From an uncultured Methanoregulaceae archaeon (GTDB lineage Archaea; Halobacteriota; Methanomicrobia; Methanomicrobiales; Methanospirillaceae): a stretch of 64,000 bases of DNA. The notes below the pieces were generated by a model that saw only the letters and a program-made list of their open reading frames with translations, did no database searches and was not told the DNA's origin. Shown here one piece after another: positions 38,569 to 49,650 of the stretch (the stretch's first letter is position 1; each line of letters opens with the position of its first letter). Location: positions 1,376,001-1,440,000 of the forward strand of contig CAVTTL010000001.1 in assembly GCA_963737635.1 (NCBI GenBank), written 5' to 3'. The translations under genes and the position numbers were made by a program.

Positions 38569-40018
38569 ATGGCCAAGAAAATCCTCACCACGGATCAGGG
38601 TGTCCCGGTAGCCGACAACCAGAGCTCGCTCACTGCCGGGCAGCGTGGGCCGGTCCTTCTGCAGGACGTCCACTTTATTGAAAAACTGGCGCACTTTGAT
38701 CGGGAACGGATCCCCGAACGCGTCGTGCATGCCAAGGGTGCCGGCGCCCACGGGTATTTCCAGGTATACAAGAGCATGGCAGAGTATACCAAAGCGAAGT
38801 TTCTGCAGGATCCGCAGAAGAAGACACCGGTCTTTGTGCGGTTCTCGACCGTTGTCGGGGCACGGGGTTCCGCAGACACGGCACGGGATCCCCGGGGATT
38901 TGCCACAAAGTTCTACACAGAGGATGGCAATTACGATCTCGTAGGAAACAACCTGCCGGTCTTTTTCATCCGTGACGCGATCAAATTCCCCGATATGGTA
39001 CATGCATTCAAGCCAGCCCCGGATACCGGTTATCCCACGAGTTCATCAGCCAACAGCAGGTTCTGGGACTTCATATCCCTGCACCCGGAGTCCACTCATA
39101 TGATGACTTGGCTCTTCTCTGACCGGGGTACGGTCAAGAGCTACCGGAAGATGGAGGGATTTGGCGTCAACACCTATATCTGGGTGAATATGAAGGGAAC
39201 GGGCCGGTTCGTGAAATTCCACTGGAAACCGGTCTGCCGGTATCGAGACCATCGACCGGCACGAGGCAACAAAACTTGCCGGAGAGGATCCGGACATTGC
39301 CACCCGGGACTTGCACGAATGGATCGCATCGGGAAAGACCGCTGAGTTCGAGCTGAACGTCCAGCTCATGGAATTCGAGGATGAGTCCAGGCTCGACTTC
39401 GATCCTCTCGATGCAACCAAGACATGGCCCGAGGACAGGTATCCCCTCATGAAGGTGGGAAAGATGGTGCTTGACAGGAACCCGGAAAACTTCTTTTCCG
39501 AGACCGAGCAGGCCGCGTTCTGCCCTGCTTCCCTTGTTCCGGGCGTTGAACCGTCAGCTGATAAGCTCCTCCAGGGCCGGCTTTTTTCCTATGCTGATAC
39601 CCAGCGGCATCGTCTCGGCCCCAATTATCTCCAGATCCCCATCAACAGCCCAAAGGTCGAAGTGAACAGTAACCAGCGCGACGGGTTCATGCAGTCCGGC
39701 GCCGGCCATACCGGCACCGTCAACTTCGAGCCAAACAGCCTTGGGGGCGGGGAACCCCAGCAGTCCGGTGAGCCGATTTATGGGGGACGCCCATTTGCCG
39801 GGAGTTTTGTCAGGGAAAAGATTGCAAAGGCAAATGACTTCCAGCAGCCCGGGGAGCGGTATCGTTCATTGTCAAAGACCGAACAGGATCATCTAGTAGA
39901 CAATATTGTCGATTCATTGGGACATGCAAACAAGGAGATCCAAAAACGGATGGTGGATAACCTCACTAAGGCTGATAAGGAACTCGGGCAGAGGGTGGGA
40001 AAGGGGCTGAATCTTTGA
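38569..40018 (+). CDS. katE: monofunctional heme catalase, split by a +1 frameshift near 39234
   Basis: [48 protein letters not shown]. Confidence 0.93.
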
Positions 40019-41085
40019 ACGGTGCCGCAGGTGCGCCGCGGATCATCTCGTGGAACATTACACTGCAATGCCCCCTGAAGTGTCCACACTGCTACGTAGA
40101 TGCCGGTCAAGAAGCAGCCGATGTGCTTTCCACGCAGGAAGCATACGCTGTCATTGACCAGATCCGGCTGACCGGGACGCCGGTGGTTGTGCTGAGTGGA
40201 GGTGAGCCCCTGATGCGTGATGATCTCTGTACTATAGCACGGTATGGAACGGATAGAGGGCTCCGGATGGTGATGGGCACCAGCGGGTATTTCCTTGACC
40301 GGAAGATGGCAGCGCAACTCCGGGAAGCAGGGGTCCGTGCAGCGGCTGTCAGCATCGACTCTGCAAATCCGGCGGTCCACGATTCATTTCGGGGTGTCAG
40401 CGGTGCGTGGGAGAAAGCCATTGCCGCGATACGAAACTGCCGTGATGAAGGAATGGGTGTCCAGATCAACATGACGGTCATGCAGCCTTCTTCCGGGGAA
40501 ATAGAATCCGTCGTAGAACTCGGGAAGGATTTAGGTGTTCGGGATTACCAGATCTTTTTTCCCATTCCGACCGGGCGGGCGTACGGGGCAGGGTCGGTGA
40601 ATGCGGGGGAGTATGAGGAGGTAATCCGGGAGGTGCTTGTGAAGTACGGGAATAGTGATGTGAACCTCCGTCCGACCTGCGCCCCCCAGTTTCGCAGGAT
40701 CGCCGAGGATCTTGGGATCAGCAACCCGGCATGGGGGAGGGGGTGTATTGCCGGGATCAGGTACTGCCGCATCTATGCAAACGGCGATGTTACGCCATGT
40801 CCTTACCTGCCAGTGAGTGCAGGTAATGTGCGGACGAAGTCGTTTGCCGCGATCTGGCATGACGCTCCGCTTTTCCATGCGCTCCGGGACCCGGACCTGC
40901 TGACGGGAAAATGCGGACGGTGTTCCTACAAGCTCTCCTGTGGCGGCTGCAGGGCCCGGGCTTACCGGGGAGCGGAGGCTTTCTCTCCTCGCTGGTGCGA
41001 TGGCCTCGAACGACCTGCGACTGCCACGGGAGAGCTCTGTGCCGAGGACCCGTGGTGCCGGTATGAACGAAGAGGTACTTCATGA
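40015..41085 (+). CDS. ahbD: radical SAM/SPASM protein, AhbD-like heme synthase
   Basis: CPLKCPHC, SGGEP, PTCAPQF, GCIAG...PCPY, CGGCRARA; ahb gene context. Confidence 0.75.
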   Translation: MNGAAGAPRIISWNITLQCPLKCPHCYVDAGQEAADVLSTQEAYAVIDQIRLTGTPVVVLSGGEPLMRDDLCTIARYGTDRGLRMVMGTSGYFLDRKMAAQLREAGVRAAAVSIDSANPAVHDSFRGVSGAWEKAIAAIRNCRDEGMGVQINMTVMQPSSGEIESVVELGKDLGVRDYQIFFPIPTGRAYGAGSVNAGEYEEVIREVLVKYGNSDVNLRPTCAPQFRRIAEDLGISNPAWGRGCIAGIRYCRIYANGDVTPCPYLPVSAGNVRTKSFAAIWHDAPLFHALRDPDLLTGKCGRCSYKLSCGGCRARAYRGAEAFSPRWCDGLERPATATGELCAEDPWCRYERRGTS

Positions 41086-41591
41086 ACGATGCAACGCATG
41101 CCGATACCCTCGATCTCGATATTCTCAATGCTGTCCAGCAGGATATTCCGTGTGTTCCCCGCCCGTGGGCAGCGATCGCGTCCCGGCTTGGCATTCCGGA
41201 ATCGGAACTGCTCGAACGGCTGGGCCAGCTTTGCCGCGCCGGGATCGTCCGGGGTATCTCGCCCATCATCGAGTCCGGGCCGCTTGGCCTTACCGCCGCG
41301 ACGCTGGTGGCACTTCCTATCCCCGAAGAGAGGATCCGGGAAGTGGCAGACTTCATCAGCCGGTATCCGGAAGTGTCACATAATTTCCGGCGGAACCACC
41401 GGTATTCTCTCTGGTTCACGCTATCAGCAAAAGATGAAGAGGCACTTCGTAAGATCCTTGATGAAATGCTCCTCCAGACAGGGTTTGCCGAGGATGATAT
41501 CCTCAATCTGCCAACCATTCGGAAGATCAAAATCGATGTCCGGTTCCCGCTTGCCACAAATCACCGGGGAGGATCAGATGGACCAGCGTGA
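41082..41591 (+). CDS. ahbA: siroheme decarboxylase alpha subunit (Lrp/AsnC-like)
   Basis: RPWAAIA, VSHNFRRNHRYSLWFT. Confidence 0.85.
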   Translation: MNDATHADTLDLDILNAVQQDIPCVPRPWAAIASRLGIPESELLERLGQLCRAGIVRGISPIIESGPLGLTAATLVALPIPEERIREVADFISRYPEVSHNFRRNHRYSLWFTLSAKDEEALRKILDEMLLQTGFAEDDILNLPTIRKIKIDVRFPLATNHRGGSDGPA

Positions 41592-42064
41592 CCTGCAGAT
41601 CCTTGCCGAACTCGAAAACGGGCTACCGCTCGTTCCCGAACCTTTTGAGGAGATAGGTAAACGGCTTGGGATGACTGGAGAAGAAGTTCTGGGAAGGCTA
41701 GAGGGTCTGCGGGGTGCCGGTATCATCCGGCGGTTCCGTGCACGCATCAACCAGCGACAGCTCTGGCATCACCGCAAATGCCCTTGTTGCATGGGACTGC
41801 AATGGAAAGTCTGCCGGTGAAACCGGCAGACTACTGGCATCTTTTTCCGCCGTCACCCACTGCTACGAGCGAAAGCCTGTACCCGGCCGCTGGGAGTATT
41901 CCCTCTATACGGTGCACCACGGTTTCTCGCGTAAGGAAGTTCGGGATGAGGTCCGAAAGATAGCGAAGGAAACAGGTCTGTCTGATTATCTCATCCTTTT
42001 CAGTACCGTTGAGTTCAAACGCGTCCCGAATGTCCGCATCCGGGAGAATAGGGGTGGCAAGTGA
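41578..42064 (+). CDS. ahbB: siroheme decarboxylase beta subunit, split by a +1 frameshift near 41763
   Basis: GLPLVPEPF..IG, IIRRF | GITANALVAW, VTHCYER, YSLYTVHHG. Confidence 0.85.
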
Positions 42065-43260
42065 ACCGTATAACCCAGTGTCTCCATGGAAAGGGGACTG
42101 TAAGTGCTGTGATGAAACACCGTCACGGAAAAGAGGAAGTCCCCGGCAGGTACCTCGCATTCTCCGGAATGCGCAGGCCGGTCGTTTTCTGGAATCTCAC
42201 CGATCGTTGCAATCTTTCCTGCACCCACTGTTACAGCCGGTCGGAACCGGGGAGCCCGACCGGGGAAGAACTGACGACCGCCGAAGCATTGGCATTCATT
42301 GACGATCTGGCGGTGTCCGGCGTCCCACTAGTCATTTTCACCGGCGGTGAACCCCTCCTTCGCGCCGACCTGTGGGAACTGGCGGATTATTGCAGGAGCA
42401 AACGGATCAAGACTGCGCTAAGCACCAACGGTTCTCTCATTACTGCTGATGTTGCACAAAAAATTAAAGCATGCGGGATCGAGTATGCGGGAATCTCGCT
42501 TGACGGGGCAACGGCATTAATTCACGACCGTTTCCGAAATTCCCCGGGGGCCTTTGACCGGGCTATTGCAGCATTCGCGTGCTGCCAAGAGGCCGGGGTG
42601 CGGTGCGGGGTCCGGGTAACCCTGACAAAAGAGAATCAGGACGATCTTGGCTCCTTAATCGATCTTGCAAGGAAGATAGGGGCCTCACGGTTCTGCCTGT
42701 ACTGGCTTGTTCCCTGCGGAAGGGCGAGCGATGCCTATGACCGACTCCAACTTACGGCGCTTAACGTGATGCGAGCCCTTACCCTTCTCTACCGGAAGGC
42801 ACAGGCGATCCCGGCTGAGGAGATGGAGTTTTTAACGGTCGATGCACCGCAGGATTGTATCCATCTTCTGCATTCCATGGAACACGATGAATCGCCGGAT
42901 CTTTCTGATGCCTGGGATCTCCTTGAATCGCTTAATGGGGGGTGCAGTGCCGGAGATCGGGTGGCAAACGTCGATCCCCGGGGGAATGTGTATCCCTGCC
43001 AGTTTGCCCGCTCTCCCGCGTTCCTTATCGGTAACGTCCGCAGCCGGCGTTTTTCAGAACTCTGGAACGATAATACCAGTCTGGTACTTGCCCGGTTCCG
43101 TACAAGACCCCCCGCGGTAACTGGCAAATGCGAGGATTGCAGGTATCTTCGGCTCTGCGGTGGAGGGTGCCGGGTGCGGGCGTACGCACGGAGCGGGAAC
43201 TTTTTCGGGGAAGATCCATTTTGTTATGTGAGCGGGCATGACACAAGTCCACCCGTGTAA
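42061..43260 (+). CDS. ahbC: radical SAM/SPASM protein, AhbC-like Fe-coproporphyrin synthase
   Basis: N-terminal extension then RPVVFWNLTDRCNLSCTHCY, FLTVD, PCQF, CGGGCRVRA...EDPFCY. Confidence 0.78.
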   Translation: MNRITQCLHGKGTVSAVMKHRHGKEEVPGRYLAFSGMRRPVVFWNLTDRCNLSCTHCYSRSEPGSPTGEELTTAEALAFIDDLAVSGVPLVIFTGGEPLLRADLWELADYCRSKRIKTALSTNGSLITADVAQKIKACGIEYAGISLDGATALIHDRFRNSPGAFDRAIAAFACCQEAGVRCGVRVTLTKENQDDLGSLIDLARKIGASRFCLYWLVPCGRASDAYDRLQLTALNVMRALTLLYRKAQAIPAEEMEFLTVDAPQDCIHLLHSMEHDESPDLSDAWDLLESLNGGCSAGDRVANVDPRGNVYPCQFARSPAFLIGNVRSRRFSELWNDNTSLVLARFRTRPPAVTGKCEDCRYLRLCGGGCRVRAYARSGNFFGEDPFCYVSGHDTSPPV

Positions 43261-43482
43261 GCATCGCCGCATATTCTTTTTTGAGGTAGTTTTGAAAGTT
43301 TGAGCATGGGTATTTGAGATTAGCTGGTCTTTTCAGCTGCAACTGTGACCGAAAAGGATCATTATAATGGGTTCAGAAGGGCAGAAGATGTGACTCATGT
43401 TGAGAGGGAGGTGCTTACATTGTTTACCCTATACCGATCACCAGAGCTGTTATCATTTGCCACGTAGATGGAGTACTACACG

Positions 43483-44607
43483 ATGAAAAAGAACCTGCTG
43501 ATGTGGGACGAGTCGTTGTTCCGGGATCCTGATGTATTTGAGATCGATTACCTCCCTGAACAGTTTGAGTTCCGTGACACCCAGATGCGCGAACTCGCTT
43601 TCCAGATCCGCCCCGGTCTCCGGGGGGGAAGACCCCTTAACACCATCTGCAAGGGTTTGCCCGGTTCCGGCAAAACGACAAGTATTAAAAAACTCTTCCA
43701 GGAGATAGAAGAGACGACGAAAAAACTAGTGCCGGTACTTGTTAATTGCCAGATCGATAACACCAAGTTTGCTATTCTCTCCCAGATCTACCGGAAACTC
43801 TCCGGCCATCTTCCGCCTTCTTCGGGGACTTCGTTTAAACAGGTTTTTGACGCGGTTGCCCGTATCCTTCAGAAAGAGGAGTATGTTCTGCTTGTGGCAC
43901 TTGACGACGCCAATTATCTCCTCTACGAAAATGAACTCAACAAAGTACTTTACACACTTCTGCGGGCTCACGAGTCATATGAGGGTGTCCGCATCGGTGT
44001 TGTTGTAATTGTCAGCGACCCGGATGTTGATCTTTCTCGTGCGGTAGATGCTAGGGTCGCATCGGTTTTCAGGCCTACAGAGATCTATTTCCCTCCGTAC
44101 GGGAATGCAGAAGTGCAGGATATAATGAAAGCCCGGGCGATGCAGGGTTTCTTTAATGGGGTCTTAAGTGATGAGATGCTGGATCTCGTAGTCGAACAGA
44201 CCCAGAAAAGCGGCGACCTGAGGGTGGGTATCGATCTCCTCAAACGGGCAGCACTCAATGCGGAACGAGCCGCACGGAGAAGTATCGAACGCGAGGATAT
44301 CTGTGGCGCGTATGCAGTTTCAAAGTACCTTCACCTCGAATATACGGTGAGAACCCTCAAGGAAGAGGAGCGTAAGATCCTCGGGGCACTTGCAACGGCA
44401 AGTGCTACGGGAGCCGAAATGAACGCCGGGGATGTCTATAAATCCATAAAGGAGCAGGTGCCCATCGGGTACACTCGCTTTTACGAGATCGTCAAAAAGA
44501 TGGATGCGATGAGGCTGGTTAATCTCCAGTACCGCGACGGTAAAGGCAGGACCCGGGTGATCACGCTCCGGTACGAACCGGCCAAGGTGCTTGAATATCT
44601 TTTATAA
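43483..44607 (+). CDS. cdc6: Orc1/Cdc6 replication initiation protein
   Basis: DYLPEQFEFRD, Walker A GLPGSGKT, LDD, FPPY, GDLRVGIDLL, C-terminal wHTH. Confidence 0.92.
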   Translation: MKKNLLMWDESLFRDPDVFEIDYLPEQFEFRDTQMRELAFQIRPGLRGGRPLNTICKGLPGSGKTTSIKKLFQEIEETTKKLVPVLVNCQIDNTKFAILSQIYRKLSGHLPPSSGTSFKQVFDAVARILQKEEYVLLVALDDANYLLYENELNKVLYTLLRAHESYEGVRIGVVVIVSDPDVDLSRAVDARVASVFRPTEIYFPPYGNAEVQDIMKARAMQGFFNGVLSDEMLDLVVEQTQKSGDLRVGIDLLKRAALNAERAARRSIEREDICGAYAVSKYLHLEYTVRTLKEEERKILGALATASATGAEMNAGDVYKSIKEQVPIGYTRFYEIVKKMDAMRLVNLQYRDGKGRTRVITLRYEPAKVLEYLL

Positions 44608-44676
44608 GGTCGACAGAATATTTTCAAAAATCTTATCTATTTGCGTACCCTCTTCTTATGATACAGGGGTTTTTCT

Positions 44677-45621
44677 ATGTTAAGTGTTAACGAACTGGCA
44701 CTTGAAATATTCGACAACCTCGCCGATCTGGCTGAGGAGTTCAATGCAGCATACCATGAGCTCGATAATGGCGCACGTATCGTCGATTGTGGTGTAAGTA
44801 CCCGGGGTGGGTACGCAGCGGGACGCGCATTTACCGAGATCTGCATGGGCGGTCTGGGAGAGGTTAACTTCAGGATGGGACAAATAAAAGAATTCCCCCA
44901 GCCTTTCATCGATGTGAATACCGATTTTCCCTCGATTGCCTGTCTTGGGGCCCAGAAGGCTGGTTGGACCGTTAAGGTGGGAAATTACTTTGCGATGGGC
45001 AGCGGCCCGGCCCGGGCGCTCTCCCTCAAGCCGAAACACACGTTTGAAGTGATCGACTATGAGGACGACTATGACTGCGCAGTGATCTGTCTTGAGTCCG
45101 ATCACCTGCCAAACGGTGAGGTTATGGAAAAGATTGCCGAGGAATGCCATGTCGATGTGGCAAATACCTGTGCAGTGGTCGCACCTACTTCGTCGATTGT
45201 CGGATCGATCCAGGTGTCGGGGCGCTGCGTGGAGACTGCGATCTACAAGTTAAACGAACTCGGGTTTGACACAAGGAAGATAACCTCTGCGATCGGAACG
45301 GCGCCGATTCCGCCGGTCAGGGGAGCAAAACGCGCGATGGGAGTTACCAACGATGCGACTATCTATCACGGCCAGATCCAGCTCACGATGAATGCCCCGG
45401 AGATCAAAGATTATCTCGAAAAGATCCCGAGCAGCAAGTCCAAAGGCTACGGCAAGCCGTTCAACGATATATTCAAGGAAGCAGGGAATGACTTCTACAA
45501 GATCGATACCTCCCTCTTCTCGCCGGCAGAAGTTGTCATCAATGAGCTCTCCGATGGGAGCGTCTATCATGTCGGCGCAGTGAATAATGATGTGACCTTG
45601 AAGTCATTCGGGCTGCAGTAA
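44677..45621 (+). CDS. mch: methenyltetrahydromethanopterin cyclohydrolase
   Basis: MLSVNELA, SIACLGAQKAGW, MGSGPARAL, FYKID..LFSPA. Confidence 0.96.
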   Translation: MLSVNELALEIFDNLADLAEEFNAAYHELDNGARIVDCGVSTRGGYAAGRAFTEICMGGLGEVNFRMGQIKEFPQPFIDVNTDFPSIACLGAQKAGWTVKVGNYFAMGSGPARALSLKPKHTFEVIDYEDDYDCAVICLESDHLPNGEVMEKIAEECHVDVANTCAVVAPTSSIVGSIQVSGRCVETAIYKLNELGFDTRKITSAIGTAPIPPVRGAKRAMGVTNDATIYHGQIQLTMNAPEIKDYLEKIPSSKSKGYGKPFNDIFKEAGNDFYKIDTSLFSPAEVVINELSDGSVYHVGAVNNDVTLKSFGLQ

Positions 45622-45694
45622 TTTCCCTTTTTTTGTCGGACCTTGTTCTCCACGACATTGAAAATTCAAGACTACTTAAGGGGCTCAGCTGCTT

Positions 45695-45973
45695 TTACCA
45701 CTTCACCCAGAATCCTTTGAACTCTCCGGTAGCTTCACCCTCTGCTATCTGCAGCTCTTCGACACGGATTACCTTATCAGCCCGGGCCCACACAGTCCTG
45801 ATGAAATCATCAAGTGCCGTAGGAGACCCTTCGGCTATTATGTAAACAGAACCATCGCGCATGTTCTGTACCGAACCGTGCAGGCCAAGCCGGTGAGCGC
45901 AGTCCGATACATATTGCCGGTACCCCACACCCTGAACTGTACCGGTTGCTACCGCGGTAACCCGTCTCATCAT
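45695..45973 (-). CDS. acylphosphatase
   Basis: GTVQGVGYR, GSVQNMRDGSV.IIAEG. Confidence 0.9.
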   Translation of the reverse strand: MMRRVTAVATGTVQGVGYRQYVSDCAHRLGLHGSVQNMRDGSVYIIAEGSPTALDDFIRTVWARADKVIRVEELQIAEGEATGEFKGFWVKW

Positions 45974-46102
45974 TCCTGAGCTGGAAGACCATTGTTTTAA
46001 GTCTTCCCGTTTTTGTTCAGGTAAATTGTCAGACTCCGCGAAAAAATCGCCGAACCGTGTTACCAAAGAAAAACTGAACGTATATTGGTTATGATTCCGT
46101 TC

Positions 46103-46741
46103 TTATTCCGGAGGTTTTTTTATCAACAAGAATGGCATCAGCAGGATTATAGCGAGGATGATCATGAACTCCGCAAAAAGGTAAAGGAGATCTTCCCGGG
46201 CCTGATCGTAGAACCGGAGGTTGAACGACATTGCATCATTCCACGTTACCTGCGTGGAATTATCCGGAAACCGGGTAACGTTGGCTCCGGGACTTAATCC
46301 GGCAAGAAGTGGGTTACGCACATCGTACTCGCCGGGCAGGGTCACGGTCACGTTGTAAGGGGAAAAGAATGAACCTTGGATCTGATTGTCTTGGAGAGGA
46401 GCAATGTAAGAGATGGTATAGTTGCCCTTAGCGAACGTTATTACTGAGGGGGCATTCCACTGGGTACTCCAGTTAAAATCCACCGCCGTGCCGTTCTCTG
46501 CAATCAGAGTAACATTGGTGACGGTGACGGGGATATTCTCACCCACCAGATCGGTATTGGCAAATTGGTAGTTTGATGAATCCGCGACGTCAACCTGAGC
46601 GGCATATGAGGTAGCGTTGGGCAGCACCAAGTAGGTGGCATTAAGTGCCAAGGCTGAAGGAGCCACTACGAACGCAATTATAAATGCAGCGCAGAGAGCA
46701 GCGATGGCAGGTCTGCGTCGATTTCCACAGGGGGTTCGCAT
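46103..46741 (-). CDS. conserved secreted, membrane-anchored protein (DUF5803-like)
   Basis: Signal peptide, YDVRNPLLAGLSPGA, C-terminal TM; start uncertain because it overlaps the thrC 3' end. Confidence 0.65.
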   Translation of the reverse strand: MRTPCGNRRRPAIAALCAAFIIAFVVAPSALALNATYLVLPNATSYAAQVDVADSSNYQFANTDLVGENIPVTVTNVTLIAENGTAVDFNWSTQWNAPSVITFAKGNYTISYIAPLQDNQIQGSFFSPYNVTVTLPGEYDVRNPLLAGLSPGANVTRFPDNSTQVTWNDAMSFNLRFYDQAREDLLYLFAEFMIILAIILLMPFLLIKKPPE

Positions 46742-47889
46742 TGTTTGATCACCGTATCCGGGTCCTTTAAAAGGTGGCCGGTCACTACACATACGATCTT
46801 CTCATCGCGATCGATTGCTCCGATCTCGCAGAGCTTGCGGATACCGGCTACTGAAGCCGCAGATGCCGGCTCTACACCAATGCCTTCCTTGCGGGCAAGA
46901 TCGCGCTGCATCGCAAGGATCTCCTCATCGGTTACTGATTCTGCGGTTCCGCCGGTCTTTCGGATCGCTACCAGCGCTTTCTCGGCGTTCACTGGGGCAC
47001 CGATCCGGATCGCCGATGCGATAGTCTCAGGATGCTCTTCGGTCAAGACGGATGGTAGGTTTTCTTTTACTGCTCTGACTATAGGGCTTGCGCCGGCAGC
47101 CTGAATGCCGGTCATTTTTGGCAGCCGGTCGATGAAACCAAGCGCTTCGAGTTCCAGCAGCCCTTTATAGACTGCGGAGATGTTGCCCGCATTTCCTACC
47201 GGGAGAACAAAACGGTCGGGGACACTTCCCATCTGGTCGATAGCCTCAAACCCGATCGTTTTCTGGCCTTCCAGCCGGTAGGGGTTAATAGAGTTCAAGA
47301 GATATAACCCGTGTGTAAGGCAGAGATCGTGAACCATCTCAAGCGCACGATCGAAATTCCCCCGGATTGAAATGACTTTTGCACCGTGCATCAGGGCTTG
47401 TGCCACCTTGCCAAGCGCCACGTGACCCGCCGGAAGGAGTACTACCGCAGGTATTCCGGCCTTTGCTGCATATACCGCGAGGCTTGCTGAAGTATTCCCC
47501 GTGCTTGCGCAGGCAACGCTTTTCTTATTGAGCTGGAGTGCCATCGAGACACCCACCGTCATCCCGCGGTCCTTAAAAGAACCCGAGGGATTCATGCCTT
47601 CATGCTTGGCATAGAGATACTTAAGGCCCATCTCGTCCCCGAGGCGTTTTAAGTGATAGAGTGGAGTACCCCCTTCGCACAGGGATACCGGCTCGATATG
47701 AACCGGCAGAATCTCCTTATAGCGCCAGACTGAGAGCGGTCGGGCATCCCAGGTTGCACGCTTTACGTTAATTGTATCGAGGGGATATTTCACCGCGAGC
47801 AGGTGGCCGCATTTTTTACAGTTATAGAGGATCTCGTCAGCGGGATACGTCGTACCGCAGTGAACGCACACGAGATGGTACATGTTCAT
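46678..47889 (-). CDS. thrC: threonine synthase
   Basis: EGMNPSGSFKDRG, CASTGNTSAS, PVGNAGN, TGHLLKDP. Confidence 0.95.
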   Translation of the reverse strand: MNMYHLVCVHCGTTYPADEILYNCKKCGHLLAVKYPLDTINVKRATWDARPLSVWRYKEILPVHIEPVSLCEGGTPLYHLKRLGDEMGLKYLYAKHEGMNPSGSFKDRGMTVGVSMALQLNKKSVACASTGNTSASLAVYAAKAGIPAVVLLPAGHVALGKVAQALMHGAKVISIRGNFDRALEMVHDLCLTHGLYLLNSINPYRLEGQKTIGFEAIDQMGSVPDRFVLPVGNAGNISAVYKGLLELEALGFIDRLPKMTGIQAAGASPIVRAVKENLPSVLTEEHPETIASAIRIGAPVNAEKALVAIRKTGGTAESVTDEEILAMQRDLARKEGIGVEPASAASVAGIRKLCEIGAIDRDEKIVCVVTGHLLKDPDTVIKQCEPPVEIDADLPSLLSALHL

Positions 47890-47946
47890 CTATTGGTTTT
47901 CCGGGTACATATAGGCAAGCGTTAAAAGTGAAATGTCATTCCTGAC

Positions 47947-48732
47947 CTATTCCAGGAGGGAGATGTACAGAGAGTCCTTTCGGTCATTTTCAACAGGAAA
48001 GTCCCGACGGAGAAGTTCTACCATATCGGGATCGATCTCGTAATATAAAAGTTCGGTATCTTTACCTGCTCTGGCAATAATCATTCCGAGGGGGTCAGCG
48101 GTCATAGACGCTCCGGAGTACTGGTCGACCGGATTTGTGCCGGTGGCGTTTACACCAGCGACATACATCTGGTTCTCCGCCGCCCGGGACTGGATAAAGA
48201 GTTCCCAGAAGCGAAGCCGGCTCTCCGGCCAAGCCGCAGGGATAATAACTGCGTGTACGCCTTTCTTCCGGTACAACCGGAAAATCTCCGGGAAACGGAG
48301 ATCGTAACAGATTGCAAGGCCAAAGCGCACACCTTCGACAGTAAAAGTCGCAAGCCCGGTGCCCGGGGTAAATGCCAAGTCTTCATGTTCAGGTCTGAAA
48401 AGGTGGATCTTCGCGTACGCGGCAAGAATCTCACCGTTGCGACCGATGGCAATGGCGGTGTTCCGCGGTTTGGGAACGAACGCTTCGCGAAAGGATCCTA
48501 CTACTGCAATCGAGTTCTTTTTTGCCATTCTTTGAAGCGAGGTTACTATCGTTCCAGTAATGTCTTCAATATTTTTTATCGAAACCGGATCCCAGCAGGT
48601 TGAAAATTGTTCGGGAAAAGAGATAAGTGCGGCCCCGGATTGGGCGGCATCATACACAATTTCTTCAGTTTTTTCAAGGGTCTGTTCCGGTGATTCCCAT
48701 ACGCCACTGATCTGGGCGCTGCAGCATCGCAT
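47947..48732 (-). CDS. carbon-nitrogen hydrolase (nitrilase family)
   Basis: FPE, YAKIHLF, ICYDLRFPE catalytic triad motifs. Confidence 0.92.
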   Translation of the reverse strand: MRCCSAQISGVWESPEQTLEKTEEIVYDAAQSGAALISFPEQFSTCWDPVSIKNIEDITGTIVTSLQRMAKKNSIAVVGSFREAFVPKPRNTAIAIGRNGEILAAYAKIHLFRPEHEDLAFTPGTGLATFTVEGVRFGLAICYDLRFPEIFRLYRKKGVHAVIIPAAWPESRLRFWELFIQSRAAENQMYVAGVNATGTNPVDQYSGASMTADPLGMIIARAGKDTELLYYEIDPDMVELLRRDFPVENDRKDSLYISLLE

Positions 48733-48745
48733 CGGTCACCCAAAA

Positions 48746-48952
48746 CTAAATTTTGGCGTCCTGCCCGCTTTTCCTGTCGACATACAGGATTATCACAGCA
48801 CCCATAACGACGAGTACGATTGCCGTGAGCAGGAGAAACCGAACCATGGAATGGAGAACACCGAGTAGCGCAGCGGCCAAGATAAGTCCCGCCGCGACTA
48901 TACTGCAACCGACGAGTATCACACCAACTGTCGCTATGTCCCAATCAGCCAT
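48746..48952 (-). CDS. small two-TM membrane protein
   Basis: Fills the gap between MarC and nitrilase genes, overlaps MarC stop, hydrophobic. Confidence 0.6.
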   Translation of the reverse strand: MADWDIATVGVILVGCSIVAAGLILAAALLGVLHSMVRFLLLTAIVLVVMGAVIILYVDRKSGQDAKI

Positions 48953-49602
48953 TATGACCCTCCCATCAGCGGAAACGCAATTTTTATCCCCGTAATTACA
49001 AACTGAACAGCAATGGCAATAAGCAATATCCCCATCAACCGGTTGATAACCCGGTACTGCCGCTGGCCGATTTTGCGTATGATATAATCAGCGTACATCA
49101 TCATAAAATAGGTGATCACGATCGCTATGCAAATCGATACAAAAATTACAAGCCATGCAATTGTGGACATTCCTGAGGCCTCATTGGTAAGCACGATTGT
49201 AGTGGTAATCGCCCCGGGGCCAGCAATCATGGGGATGGCGAGCGGCATAACCGCAACATCTTCGTTGTCCCGCGATTCATATTTCTCGGTGGCTGTAAGC
49301 TTGGTTCGTGAAGTCTTTGCGTAGACCATCTCCATACCGATCCCAAAAAGGAGGATGCCCCCGGCGATCCGAAATGCTTCAAGAGTGATCCCTAGGATCT
49401 GAAGGATCACTGTCCCGGCAATCCCCGCAACAATGAGGATGACAAGCGCGAAGGTGCAGGCATCCCTGACAATCTGCTCTTTTAACGGCTTTTCAAGTTT
49501 CTCCGTAAGGGCAATATAGGTTAGAGTTGCTCCCAGAGGATTTACAATGATAATAATGGAAGAAAGGCTTAGCAAGGAGAAACTGAGCAAGTCGCTGGCC
49601 AT
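48952..49602 (-). CDS. MarC-family membrane protein
   Basis: NPLG, FRIAGGILLF, PLAIPMIAGPGAI, RLMGILL. Confidence 0.92.
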   Translation of the reverse strand: MASDLLSFSLLSLSSIIIIVNPLGATLTYIALTEKLEKPLKEQIVRDACTFALVILIVAGIAGTVILQILGITLEAFRIAGGILLFGIGMEMVYAKTSRTKLTATEKYESRDNEDVAVMPLAIPMIAGPGAITTTIVLTNEASGMSTIAWLVIFVSICIAIVITYFMMMYADYIIRKIGQRQYRVINRLMGILLIAIAVQFVITGIKIAFPLMGGS

Positions 49603-49650
49603 GAAGAAAAAACAGTTCTTATCGATAATAGAGATTACGGTAAAAAGAGA

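Noticed and set aside
43261-43482. Replication origin upstream of cdc6
   Set aside because: No repeated ORB-like (TCCA..GAAA..GGGG) boxes or long AT-rich unwinding element visible in this short gap.
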